A stretch of 64,000 bases of DNA. Source: an uncultured Gemmatimonadales bacterium (GTDB lineage Bacteria; Gemmatimonadota; Gemmatimonadetes; Gemmatimonadales; Gemmatimonadaceae). The stretch covers positions 384,001-448,000 of the forward strand of contig CAWKNZ010000002.1 of the NCBI GenBank assembly GCA_963851265.1, in the 5' to 3' direction. Below are positions 48,740 through 58,180 of this stretch, one piece after another (positions within the stretch are counted from its first letter, which is position 1; each line of letters starts with the position of its first letter). The notes below the pieces were generated by a model. The model saw only the letters and a list, made by a program, of their open reading frames with translations, was not told the origin of the DNA and made no database searches. A program made the position numbers and the translations under genes.

Positions 48740-50309
48740 TCCGGCGGTCGGTGGTGTGGTCGCCGCCCCTGTGGCGACCGGCGTCGAGGCGAGGCGGGCA
48801 GGAACGAACGAGCCGGTGATTCCGGCGTTCGCGGTGGCCGGCCGTGTACTGCTCGTCGACGACGACCCCTCGTTCGTCGAAGGGATCTCGTGGGCGCTGC
48901 GCGAGCACGGCTACGGCGTCGAAGGGCTGGACGGCGCGCGCGCGCTCCTCGCCCGCCTCGCGGACCACGCGGCCGCGCTCCCCGACGTGGTGCTCCTCGA
49001 CATCCTGCTCGGCGACGGCGACGGCGTCGATCTCTTGCGCCACCTCAAGGACGACGAGCGGTGGTGCGACGTGCCCGTCCTCATGCTGTCGTCCGCCGCG
49101 GCCGAGGAGTACACTGTGCGGTCGCTCGGGATCGGCGCGGCGGATTTCGTGCGCAAGCCCGTGCGCCCGCGCGAACTCGCCGCGCGCGTCGCGGCGCACC
49201 TGCGCGCGGGCGCGACGCTCCGCACCACGCGCGACGCGCTCCGGCGCACCGAAGAAGAGTTGGTGCGCGCGCGCGCGGACGCGGAGAACCGGCGCAAGCT
49301 CGTCGACATCCTGCACGAGGTCACCGGCGACCTCGCCGCCGACGAGATCTACCACCTGCTCGCGCGTCGCGTCGCGCGCGGGCTGTCGGTCGCGCACTGC
49401 GCGGTGATCCTCGACGGCGGGGCCGGCGTGGGGATCGTGGCGACCGCGTTCGAGTTGCCGAAGTTGCGTGCGGCGGAAGTGACGCTCGCGCACTTCCCCG
49501 AGGTCGGCGAGGCGTTGGCGACGAGCGCCCCGGTGCTCGTCGAAGACGTCGCGACGCATCCGCTCTACACCGGCCGCGCGCCCGCCGCGCTCGACGGCGG
49601 CGCCGCGCCGATTCGGTCGAGCATCGCGCTGCCGTTTGCCGTCGATCGCGCCACGCGCGGCGTGTTCCTGCTGCGCCGCACGCGCGAGCAACCCCCGCTC
49701 ACGGCCGAAGACGTGGCGTTCGCGGAGGCGGTGATCGGCGCGGCCGTGGCCGTGGTGCAGCGCGCGCAGATGATCGAGACGACGCGTGCCGACAACGTGC
49801 GCCTCGAACACCTCGCGACGACCGATCCGCTCACCGGGCTGCTCAACCGGCGCGCGCTCTCGGAGCGGCTGACGACCGAGATGGAGCGCGCACTGCGCTA
49901 CGACACGTCGGTCGCGCTACTCCTCGTCGACCTCGACCATTTCAAGCGCGTGAACGACACGCACGGCCACCTCGCCGGCGACGGCGTGCTGCGCGCGGTC
50001 GCGGAGCTGCTCGCCGAGGAAGCGCGGTCGAGCGACCTGGTCGCGCGCTACGGCGGCGAGGAGTTCCTCGTCGTGCTGCCCGAGACGGACGCCGCCGGCG
50101 CGACCGTGCTCGCCGAGCGCATGCGCGAGCGGGTGGCCGGGCACGCGTTTCGGGCCTGGGAGGACGGGCACACCCTGCACGTGACGGCGAGCATCGGCGT
50201 GGCGACGTTCCCCGTCGCCCGCATCGAGAGCGTGGAGGACCTGTTCGCGCGCGCCGATGCCGCGTTGTACCGGGCGAAGGCGGACGGGCGTGACCGGGTG
50301 CGGAGCTAA
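48732..50309 (+). CDS. Diguanylate cyclase, REC-GAF-GGDEF
   Basis: Receiver (LLVDDD, LLD, KP), GAF-like middle, TDPLTGLLNRR, DLDHFKRVND, RSSD I-site before YGGEEF. Start uncertain. Confidence 0.93.
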   Translation: MDDPAVGGVVAAPVATGVEARRAGTNEPVIPAFAVAGRVLLVDDDPSFVEGISWALREHGYGVEGLDGARALLARLADHAAALPDVVLLDILLGDGDGVDLLRHLKDDERWCDVPVLMLSSAAAEEYTVRSLGIGAADFVRKPVRPRELAARVAAHLRAGATLRTTRDALRRTEEELVRARADAENRRKLVDILHEVTGDLAADEIYHLLARRVARGLSVAHCAVILDGGAGVGIVATAFELPKLRAAEVTLAHFPEVGEALATSAPVLVEDVATHPLYTGRAPAALDGGAAPIRSSIALPFAVDRATRGVFLLRRTREQPPLTAEDVAFAEAVIGAAVAVVQRAQMIETTRADNVRLEHLATTDPLTGLLNRRALSERLTTEMERALRYDTSVALLLVDLDHFKRVNDTHGHLAGDGVLRAVAELLAEEARSSDLVARYGGEEFLVVLPETDAAGATVLAERMRERVAGHAFRAWEDGHTLHVTASIGVATFPVARIESVEDLFARADAALYRAKADGRDRVRS

Positions 50310-50788
50310 CGCCCCATCGCCTGCAGCTCGACGAGCAGACACCGATCCTGCACGACGTCGATCCCCTCGCGCGCGAGGCGTTCGGCCACGGCGTCGTGCC
50401 GAATGCCGAGCTGAAACCATACCGCCCGCGGCCGCACCGCGAGAATGTCGTCCACATGGGCCGGGATGTCGTTCGGCCTGCGGAACACGTTGACGAGATC
50501 GATCTGCCCCGGCACGTCGGCGAGCTTCCGGAACACGGGGACGCCGAGGATCGACGTCACGTCGGGGTAGTAGACCGGCACCGGAACCACGTCGTACCCG
50601 GCGCGCTGCGCGTAGGCGGGCACGTAGTAGGCGGGTGCGCCGGTCTCGGGGACCTTGATACCGAGCACCGCGATGCGCTGCACGGCGCCGAGCAGGGCGT
50701 GGATCTCGGCCGGGGCGTCGACGAGGTGCGCGCGCCAGGCGTCGGACGCGTCGGGGGAGATGGGCGAGAGGCTGGACGTAATCGGCAT
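50306..50788 (-). CDS. CoA-binding protein (YccU-like)
   Basis: IAVLG, IDLVNVFR, WFQLGI, VVQDRCL. Confidence 0.9.
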   Translation of the reverse strand: MPITSSLSPISPDASDAWRAHLVDAPAEIHALLGAVQRIAVLGIKVPETGAPAYYVPAYAQRAGYDVVPVPVYYPDVTSILGVPVFRKLADVPGQIDLVNVFRRPNDIPAHVDDILAVRPRAVWFQLGIRHDAVAERLAREGIDVVQDRCLLVELQAMGR

Positions 50789-50924
50789 ACCCGTCCGTGG
50801 TGCGAGGATCATGCGCGCGGCTACCTTGCCGGCGGCTGCCGGCGGCTCGCGACATGGTCCGGACCGCTGTCCGCGCCGTGCCGCGCGCGACCGGGCGCGA
50901 CCGCCCCTTTCTGGAGTGCTTCCG

Positions 50925-52166
50925 ATGCGCATGCTCGTCCTCGGGGCGGGGCTGCAGGGATCCGCCTGCGCCTACGACCTGTTGCAAAATCCCGACGTGA
51001 CCGACGTGCGACTCGCCGACGTGAGCGTCGCGCAGCTGCCGCGGTTCCTCGCGCCGTACACCGATCCGACCGCCCTCGGCGGCTCCCGCCCGCGACTGAT
51101 CCCGACCCCACTCGACGCCCGTGACGGCGAGGCCGTTCGCGCGCTGATGCGCGGCTGCGACGCGGCGATGAGCGCGCTTCCGTACTACTTCAACTTCGAG
51201 ATGGCGCGCGCGGCCGCGGAGGTCGGCGTGCACTTCTGCGACCTCGGCGGCAACACCGAAATCGTCGAGCAGCAGCGCACGCTCGCCCCGCAGATGCTCG
51301 CGCACGGACGGTCGATCGTGCCCGACTGCGGGCTCGCGCCGGGCATGGTGAACATCCTCGCCCAGCACGGCATCGACCTCGTGGAGCAGGACGGTGCGCG
51401 CGCCAGCTCGGTGCGCATCTTCGTCGGCGGCCTGCCCGAGCGCCCCGAGCCGCCGCTCAACTACCACATCGTCTACTCGCTCGAAGGCGTACTCGACTAC
51501 TACACGACGCGGTCGTGGGTGGTGCGCGACGGCCGCCGCGTGCAGGTCGACGCGCTGAGCGACGTCGAACGCGTCGACATCCCCGGCGTCGGCGAGCTCG
51601 AGGCGTTCCACACGGCCGGCGGGCTGTCGACGATGGGCGCGCGGTACGAGGGGCGGATCGCGACGATGGAGTACAAGACACTCCGCTACCCTGGGCACGC
51701 GCGACTCATGGAGGCCGTGCGCGCGCTCGGCTTTCTCGAGCTCGAGCCGGTCGAGGTGAAGGGCCAGCGCGTGATTCCGCGCGACCTCGCCGTCGCGGTG
51801 ATGGGCCCGCGGCTCCGCAAGCCGGGCGCGCACGACCTGGTTGCCGTGCGCGTCGTCGTCGAGGGAGAAGCGAACGACGGCGCGACGGTGTCGCGCGCGT
51901 GGGAGCTGGTCGACCGGTTCGACGCGGAACGCGGCATCTCGGCGATGATGCGGGCCACGGGCTACTCGCTGTCGATCACGGCGCAGCTGCAGGCCCGCGG
52001 GGAGATCCGCCCCGGAGTCTGGACGCCGGACGAGTGCATGCCCGCGGAGCGCTACATCGCGGAGTTGGAGCGGAGGGGGGTGGAGATCCGGGAGATCAGC
52101 CCCGACCGCAGGGGCGGAGGGGCGGAGCGGAGGGGCGGGGAAGAGCGGAGGGCGGTCACGGCGTAG
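50925..52166 (+). CDS. Saccharopine dehydrogenase / lysine 6-dehydrogenase family protein
   Basis: VLGAGLQG, SALPY, DLGG, CGLAPG, VGGLP, YKTLRYPGH. Confidence 0.9.
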   Translation: MRMLVLGAGLQGSACAYDLLQNPDVTDVRLADVSVAQLPRFLAPYTDPTALGGSRPRLIPTPLDARDGEAVRALMRGCDAAMSALPYYFNFEMARAAAEVGVHFCDLGGNTEIVEQQRTLAPQMLAHGRSIVPDCGLAPGMVNILAQHGIDLVEQDGARASSVRIFVGGLPERPEPPLNYHIVYSLEGVLDYYTTRSWVVRDGRRVQVDALSDVERVDIPGVGELEAFHTAGGLSTMGARYEGRIATMEYKTLRYPGHARLMEAVRALGFLELEPVEVKGQRVIPRDLAVAVMGPRLRKPGAHDLVAVRVVVEGEANDGATVSRAWELVDRFDAERGISAMMRATGYSLSITAQLQARGEIRPGVWTPDECMPAERYIAELERRGVEIREISPDRRGGGAERRGGEERRAVTA

Positions 52167-52177
52167 GGCGCGGTACC

Positions 52178-52211
52178 CGTCGCACCCGGCGCGTCGCACC
52201 CGGCGCGTCGC
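52178..52211. repeat. Short tandem repeat, 14-bp unit, about 2.4 copies
   Basis: CGTCGCACCCGGCG at 52178-52191 and 52192-52205, then CGTCGC. Confidence 0.75.
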
Positions 52212-52213
52212 GC

Positions 52214-53935
52214 CTACCGCGTGAACCCCGCCATCGTCGCGCCCATCGCGTCGATCGTCGCCCTCGCGTTCCACCGGTCGCGGCCGTTGAAGATGAACGA
52301 GAACGCGAGCACCTCGCCGTCCGCCGCCGTGACGTAGCCGCCTAACGCGATCACCTCGTCGGTCGTCCCCGTCTTGGCGTGCAGGTTCCCGACGGCCGGC
52401 GTGCCGACCATGCGGTGCAGCATCAGCGCGCTCTCCCCGGCCACCGGGAGCGACGCGTGGAAGGCCGCCCCCCACGGCGCGCGGTGCGCGTAGCCGAGCA
52501 GCTGCACCATGGCGCGCGCGGTGACGCGGTCGAGCACCGAGAGCCCGCTGCCGTCCGTCACCGACACCGCGCCCGCCCTCGCCCCCACGCGCCCGGTGAG
52601 GAAGCGGTTGAGCAGGGCGTTGCCCGCCGCCGCCGACCCCACCGAGTCGCGCCGCGGCCCGCGCACCGCGTCGCGGAAGATGAGTTCCGCGAAGTGGTTG
52701 ATGCTCTCGCGGTTCATCACCGCCACGAGTTCGCCTAACGGCGGCGATTCGAGCGCCGCGACCGAGTCCGCGCCCGCCGGGGCCGGCCCGGCCCGCAGCC
52801 CGCCGTCCACCCGCACCCCCTCGGCGGCGAGCGCGGCCGCGACGGCGCCGGCGGTGAACGTCGCGGGGTCGGCGACCGTCAGCTGCAGGAGGCGCGCGCC
52901 GGCCGCGCGCCCCACCGTGCCGCGCGCGACCACGTGCCCGTCGGTGGCGCGGTACACGTGCACGTTCACGCCGCTGCCGCCGGTGACGCGCACGGCGTTC
53001 TCGACGCGGATGCCCGTCGTCGCCGGCTCCAGCCACACGTGCCCGTCGCCCGCGACGCCGACGACCACGATGTTTTCGTCGATCGACAGCGCGCCGAACG
53101 GCGCCGCGTAGCCCGAGCCCGCGTAGCGCGTGAGCCAGCCGTCGGGGATCGTGCGCGCCTCGAAGGCCGACGCGTCGGCCACCACGTCGCCGGTCACGTG
53201 CTTCACGCCCGCCGCCGCCACGCGTCGCGCGAGGGCGCGCGCCGGGGCGTCGTAACCCGTCCCGAATTCGGTCCCGCCCCAGAACCGCCGCGAGAACGAC
53301 GGGTCGCCGTCGCCGCGCACGACGAGGTCGCCGCGCACCGTGCCGTCGGCGTCGAGCGGTCCGGTGCGGAGCACTTCGGTCCTGAACCGCCAGTCCGGCC
53401 CCAGGCGGTCGAACGCGAGCACCGACGTGAACATCTTCATCGTCGACGCGGGCATTACCGGCGCGTCGGGCTCGCGGGTGAACAGCGTGTCGCCGCGGCT
53501 CAGCGACACCACGATCGCGCCCCAGTGCCCGTCCTCGCGCCGCGACAGGATCGTGCCGAGCGCCGCGTCGAGCTCGGCCGCGCCGCGCGGGGCGGTGTAG
53601 GCCGGGCGCGCGACGGTCACGGGGTGGGCGGACGGCCGCCGGGCACCGCGGCGCGGCTTCGCGCTCGCGTTGCCGCGGGCCGTCCCGGCCCCTCTCGCGG
53701 CTCCCCTCGTGGCGCCCTTGCCAGCTCCCTTGCCAGCTCCCTTGCCAGCTCCCTTGCCGGCGCGCGGCTTCGCGCCGCGTTTGCGGGCGGGTGGACGCGT
53801 CGGCGCGGCTTGCGTGAGGGGCGCGGCATCGACGGCCGCCGCTGCGGTGTCGGACGGGAGAGACGTGAAAGCGGCGGCCGCGAGGAGCACGGCCGCCGCT
53901 CGGCGCGGCAGGCGGATGAGGACGGACGACAGCAT
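52214..53935 (-). CDS. dacB: D-Ala-D-Ala carboxypeptidase/endopeptidase (PBP4, peptidase S13)
   Basis: PASTMK (SxxK), GDGDPSF, SIN (SxN), DGSGLS, KTGT; signal peptide. Confidence 0.95.
   Translation of the reverse strand: MLSSVLIRLPRRAAAVLLAAAAFTSLPSDTAAAAVDAAPLTQAAPTRPPARKRGAKPRAGKGAGKGAGKGAGKGATRGAARGAGTARGNASAKPRRGARRPSAHPVTVARPAYTAPRGAAELDAALGTILSRREDGHWGAIVVSLSRGDTLFTREPDAPVMPASTMKMFTSVLAFDRLGPDWRFRTEVLRTGPLDADGTVRGDLVVRGDGDPSFSRRFWGGTEFGTGYDAPARALARRVAAAGVKHVTGDVVADASAFEARTIPDGWLTRYAGSGYAAPFGALSIDENIVVVGVAGDGHVWLEPATTGIRVENAVRVTGGSGVNVHVYRATDGHVVARGTVGRAAGARLLQLTVADPATFTAGAVAAALAAEGVRVDGGLRAGPAPAGADSVAALESPPLGELVAVMNRESINHFAELIFRDAVRGPRRDSVGSAAAGNALLNRFLTGRVGARAGAVSVTDGSGLSVLDRVTARAMVQLLGYAHRAPWGAAFHASLPVAGESALMLHRMVGTPAVGNLHAKTGTTDEVIALGGYVTAADGEVLAFSFIFNGRDRWNARATIDAMGATMAGFTR
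53715..53758. repeat. In-frame 12-bp tandem repeat in dacB (AGKG repeats)
   Basis: CCCTTGCCAGCT three times plus CCCTTGCC. Confidence 0.85.
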
Positions 53936-53937
53936 GG

Positions 53938-53985
53938 GCGGTGCGACGTGCGGTGCGACGTGCGGTGCGACGGGCGGTGCGACGG
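53938..53985. repeat. 12-bp tandem repeat, 4 copies, abutting the dacB start
   Basis: GCGGTGCGACG(T/G) at 53938, 53950, 53962 and 53974. Confidence 0.85.
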
Positions 53986-54052
53986 CGGCGAAACGCGCGG
54001 CGGACCGGGGCCGCCGCGTGGCGAGCAGTCTACACGGTCCGCGGCCGGCCCG

Positions 54053-55333
54053 TCACACCCGGAAGATGATCTTGCGCTTCCAACACCACGCGAGCACGAC
54101 GTACCAGAACCCGACGAACAGGAGCGCGAACGCGAGCGATGCGTCGCGCGGCGAGAGCCACGTCGCGAGCGCCTTGTCGTAGAACGCGTCGACCAGGCTC
54201 GTCCGCTCGCCGTCGACCTGCACGTGCACGATCGAGTAGATGCACCGCGCGAGCACGCCCGACCCGACGAAGGCGATCATGGGATTCGTGCCGTAGATCG
54301 CGAACGGCCGCGTCCACCCGGTGACCTGCCGCGCGTCGATGAGCCACATGCACGTCGCGAGCGCCACGCACGCCATCCCCGCCGTGAACAGTGCGAACGA
54401 ACTCGTCCAGAGCGACTTGTTGATCGGGAATACCCAGTGCCACATCAGCCCGCCCATGATGCCGAGCGTGCCCGCGGCGTAGAGGCCGTTGATGCGCTCC
54501 GCGAGCGGCCGCGCGCGCTCGCCGATCCAGCGGCCCGCGAAGTTGCCGAACATCGCCGTCCCGATGGCCGGAATCGTCGAGAACAGCCCTTCAGGGTCGC
54601 GCACGCGGTTGCCGCCGACCCACAGATGGTCGGGCCGCAGGAGCGTCCGGTCGACCCACGCGTCGAGCGTGAGCCCCGGCCGCCCGAGCACGAACAGCCC
54701 CTGCACGCCGCCCGACCCGGGCACGGGCAGGAGCGTCATCGCCCACCAGTACCCGTACAGCAGCACCGCGAGGACGATCACCTGCTGCTTGAGCGTCGTG
54801 CGCATCGTGATCAGCCCGGCGGCCGTGTAGGCGATCCCGATGCGCTGCAGCACGCCCATGATCCGCAGGTGCTCCAGGCGGTACAGCACGCGCTGCAGTA
54901 CCGTGGGGTCGGCGATGCCCTTGATCTCGCCCCACTGCAGGAACGGGAACCAGTTGAGCAGCAGGCCGAACAGGAAGATCAGTGCGCCACGCCGGACGAT
55001 CTGGCGCGTGATGGCCCCGTCGTCGGCCCCGGCCGCCCGGCGCGCACCGAGTGAGAGCTGCGTGGTGATGCCGACGATGAACAGGAAGAACGGGAAGATC
55101 AGATCGGTCGGCGTCCACCCGTGCCAGGGCGCGTGCTCCAGCGGCGGGTAGATGTGCTCCCACGACCCCGGGTCGTTGACGAGCAGCATGGCCGCAACGG
55201 TGATCCCGCGGAACACGTCCAGAGAGAGAAGGCGTTCACGCGCCGGCGGAGTGCTCACGCCCGCGGGGTGCGCGGCCAGCGGCGTGGCCGGGATCGACGC
55301 GGCGGGAGGCGGAGGAACGAGGGTCGCAGACAT
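54053..55333 (-). CDS. Membrane acyltransferase, heparan-alpha-glucosaminide N-acetyltransferase-like (NagX/DUF5009)
   Basis: [50 protein letters not shown]. Confidence 0.92.
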   Translation of the reverse strand: MSATLVPPPPAASIPATPLAAHPAGVSTPPARERLLSLDVFRGITVAAMLLVNDPGSWEHIYPPLEHAPWHGWTPTDLIFPFFLFIVGITTQLSLGARRAAGADDGAITRQIVRRGALIFLFGLLLNWFPFLQWGEIKGIADPTVLQRVLYRLEHLRIMGVLQRIGIAYTAAGLITMRTTLKQQVIVLAVLLYGYWWAMTLLPVPGSGGVQGLFVLGRPGLTLDAWVDRTLLRPDHLWVGGNRVRDPEGLFSTIPAIGTAMFGNFAGRWIGERARPLAERINGLYAAGTLGIMGGLMWHWVFPINKSLWTSSFALFTAGMACVALATCMWLIDARQVTGWTRPFAIYGTNPMIAFVGSGVLARCIYSIVHVQVDGERTSLVDAFYDKALATWLSPRDASLAFALLFVGFWYVVLAWCWKRKIIFRV

Positions 55334-55478
55334 CGGCACGGAGGTTGAAGCCGAACGTTACTCGGCAGCTGGACGGCCGGCACTGGGCTTTCCCCGGTCC
55401 CGGCCACAAGTTGGCGTAGATGTGGGCCGGCGGTGATTGCCGGCGGCTCGCGGACGATCACCCGGGGGGAGTCGGCGT

Positions 55479-56039
55479 ATGGCGATCGAAAACCGGACGT
55501 TGCGTGAAGGGATCACGGGCGGACTGCTGGCGGCGGCATCGGTCGCCATCTGGTTCCTCATCCTCGACACGGTTGGTGGCCACCCGTTCTACACGCCGCT
55601 CCGACTCGGCGAGAGCGTGGCGTCGTTCTTCGGCGGCACGGGGGGCGGCGCGGCGGTCACGTACGTGCTCGGGTACACGCTTTTCCACGTCATCGCGTTC
55701 ACGCTGTCCGGAATCGTCGTCTCGGCGGTCGTGAACCGGGCGGAAGCGGAGCCGTCGCTGCTCTTCGGCCTGCTCATCATCTTCGTCGCCTTCGAGCTCG
55801 GTTGGTACGGCCTGTCGGCCATCCTCTCCAGCGAGCAGGCGTACGGGTCGATCGCGTGGTACCAGGTGATGGTCGCCAACCTGATCGCGGCGGCCACGCT
55901 GGGCATCTACATGTACCGCCGCCACCCGGCGCTCCTCGAACGCGCGTCGGCCGCCGTGTCCGGAGGCACCGACGGCGACCGCCGCGTGGCTCAGGTGGCC
56001 CGCACGGACGAGGATCGTCGCCGCGCGGCGCGCGCGTAG
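55479..56039 (+). CDS. Hypothetical membrane protein (4-5 TM)
   Basis: Several hydrophobic helices, GGAG RBS; 3' end overlaps the convergent permease. Confidence 0.8.
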   Translation: MAIENRTLREGITGGLLAAASVAIWFLILDTVGGHPFYTPLRLGESVASFFGGTGGGAAVTYVLGYTLFHVIAFTLSGIVVSAVVNRAEAEPSLLFGLLIIFVAFELGWYGLSAILSSEQAYGSIAWYQVMVANLIAAATLGIYMYRRHPALLERASAAVSGGTDGDRRVAQVARTDEDRRRAARA

Positions 56040-57364
56040 ACCAACGGCCCGAGCGCGACCGCGGCGAGCGACCCGCCGATCGCGCTCGCGCCGTACTTGC
56101 CGCCCGCGACCGAGTACGCGGTCGCGGTGACGAACACGAGCGCGGGGAGGGCCGCGAGCGCGGCCACCCCGCGCGTGCCTAACGGAAGGCGGAACGGCCC
56201 GCGCAGCCCGGGCTCGGCGCGCCGCAGCTGGACCAGCGCCCCGAACTCCAGGAACATCGCGAGCGCGTACAGCAGCGCGTCGGCGACGACGAGCTCCCGG
56301 AACGGCAGCACCGTGAACGCCGAGTAGAACAGCGCCGCCACGACGACCGCCGTGCGCGGCGTGCCGCGCGCGTCCACGCGCGCCAGCCGTCCGGGGAGCA
56401 ACCCGTCTTCGGCCAGGACCAGCGGCACGCGGCTGAAGCTGAGCAGCAGCGCGTTGTAGAGCGCGAGCGCGCTCACCATCCCCGCGACGGCCACCGCGGC
56501 CGCGAGCACCGGGCCCGCCGCGCCGCCCGTGGCCCGCGCGATCGCCGGCCACGCGCCGTCCGTCCACGTCGTCCAGTCCGACGCGGCCAGCGTGGGCAGC
56601 AGCGGCACGAAGTAACTCGCCGCGACGAGCGGTACGGCGATCGCGAGCGCGCGCGGGTACGCGCGCCCCGCGTCCTCGATCTCGCCGAGTGCGGTGCTCG
56701 CGTTGTCCCAGCCGAAGTAGTTCCACATCGCGATCGAGAGCCCGACCCCGAGCCCGGCGAACGGCGAGGCGCCCGGCCCCGATCCGACCCGCGTGAACGG
56801 CGCCCACGGCGCGTGCCACGGCGTGCCCGTCACGCCCGCGCGCCCGCTCGCGATCGCCGCGACGCCGATCGCGCCGAAGGTCGCGAGCACGAAATAGCCC
56901 GCCCACGTGCCGACGCGCCCCACGCGGAGCGCGCCGCGCAGGTTGATCGCGGTCGCGCCCCAGATCACGGCGAGGCGCACCGCCCACACGCCCCAGCCGG
57001 GCAGCCCGGGCGCGAACCACGCCAGATACTGCGTGAACAGCACCGGGTAAATGGCCATGTCGACGAGCGAGTACAGCCACGTGTACCAGCCGTTCTGGAA
57101 GGCCCAGAACGGGCCGAACGCGCGCCGCACCCAGCGGTAGTAGCCGCCCTCCTCGGGCAGCATGCTGGCGAGCTCGCCGATGAGCAGCGCCTCGGGCACG
57201 CTCCACAGCACCGGGACGACGGCGAGCAGCAGCAAGGCGAGCCCTGGCCCGACCTCGGCGACGAGCGTCTCGGTGGTGAACGCGCCGCCCGAGACGGTGA
57301 AGAAGAGCAGGAAAACGACGGCGCGCGTCGTGAGCGTGCGGCGGAGCCGGACCGGAGTGGTCAA
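55991..57364 (-). CDS. APC family amino acid/polyamine permease
   Basis: VSGGAF, ELASMLPEEGGYYRWV, WNYFGWDNAS, GEIE, SRVPLVLAEDG. TTG start inferred. Confidence 0.9.
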   Translation of the reverse strand: MTTPVRLRRTLTTRAVVFLLFFTVSGGAFTTETLVAEVGPGLALLLLAVVPVLWSVPEALLIGELASMLPEEGGYYRWVRRAFGPFWAFQNGWYTWLYSLVDMAIYPVLFTQYLAWFAPGLPGWGVWAVRLAVIWGATAINLRGALRVGRVGTWAGYFVLATFGAIGVAAIASGRAGVTGTPWHAPWAPFTRVGSGPGASPFAGLGVGLSIAMWNYFGWDNASTALGEIEDAGRAYPRALAIAVPLVAASYFVPLLPTLAASDWTTWTDGAWPAIARATGGAAGPVLAAAVAVAGMVSALALYNALLLSFSRVPLVLAEDGLLPGRLARVDARGTPRTAVVVAALFYSAFTVLPFRELVVADALLYALAMFLEFGALVQLRRAEPGLRGPFRLPLGTRGVAALAALPALVFVTATAYSVAGGKYGASAIGGSLAAVALGPLVYARAARRRSSSVRAT

Positions 57365-57490
57365 TAGCGGGCGGGAGCGGGCGAGCCGGTGGGGGTGAGT
57401 CGGCAGGGGTTGAGTCGGAACTTGCAGGGACCTGCCCCGCGACACGCGCGTCACACCCGACCTGTTACGCCGCCAACCCCCAGATCCGTC

Positions 57491-58180
57491 ATGCTCAGCC
57501 GCCCCACCGCGATCGTCTTCGATTCGAACGAGACACTGCTCGACCTCGCCGCGCTCGACCCCGCCTTCCGCGAGGCGTTCGGCGATCCGTCGGCGCGGCG
57601 CACCTGGTTCAAGCAGGTGCAGGAGCTGTTCATGACGTCGATCGCGACCGGCGTCTACCGGCCGTTCGACGAACTCGTGGACGTCGCGCTCGACATGACG
57701 GCGCAGCAGCTGGGACTCGCGGCAGTGCCCGAGGCGGGGCGGGCGCGCATCCTGGCCGAGCTGCCGGCGCTGCCGCTGCACGCGGACGTCCGCCCCGCGC
57801 TCGACCGGCTGCGCGAAGGGGGGGTGCGCGTGGCCGTCCTCACCAACTCGACGCCGAAGGCCGTCCGCGCGCAGATGACCGCGAACGACGTCGCGGACGC
57901 GTTCGAGCGCCTGCTCTCGGTCGACGCCGTCGAGCGCTACAAGCCCGCGCGGGAGGCGTACGCGTACGCCTCCCGCGAGCTCGACGTCGCACCCGGCGAG
58001 ATCCTCCTCGTCGCCGCGCACGGCTGGGACTGCGCCGGCGCGATGGCCGCGGGGTGCCGGGCCGCGTTCGTGCGGCGGCCCGGCCAGGCGTTGGACCCGA
58101 AGGGCCCGCGGCCGGAGCTGGACGTGAAGACCCTCTTCGCGCTGGTCGACGCGGTGTTAGGCGGACGAGAGCCGCGTTAG
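57491..58180 (+). CDS. Haloacid dehalogenase type II (HAD hydrolase)
   Basis: FDSNETLLD, LTNS, YKP, VAAHGWD. Confidence 0.9.
   Translation: MLSRPTAIVFDSNETLLDLAALDPAFREAFGDPSARRTWFKQVQELFMTSIATGVYRPFDELVDVALDMTAQQLGLAAVPEAGRARILAELPALPLHADVRPALDRLREGGVRVAVLTNSTPKAVRAQMTANDVADAFERLLSVDAVERYKPAREAYAYASRELDVAPGEILLVAAHGWDCAGAMAAGCRAAFVRRPGQALDPKGPRPELDVKTLFALVDAVLGGREPR

Noticed and set aside
53938..53985. Possible CRISPR array
   Set aside because: 12-bp units with no spacers and no cas genes; a simple tandem repeat.
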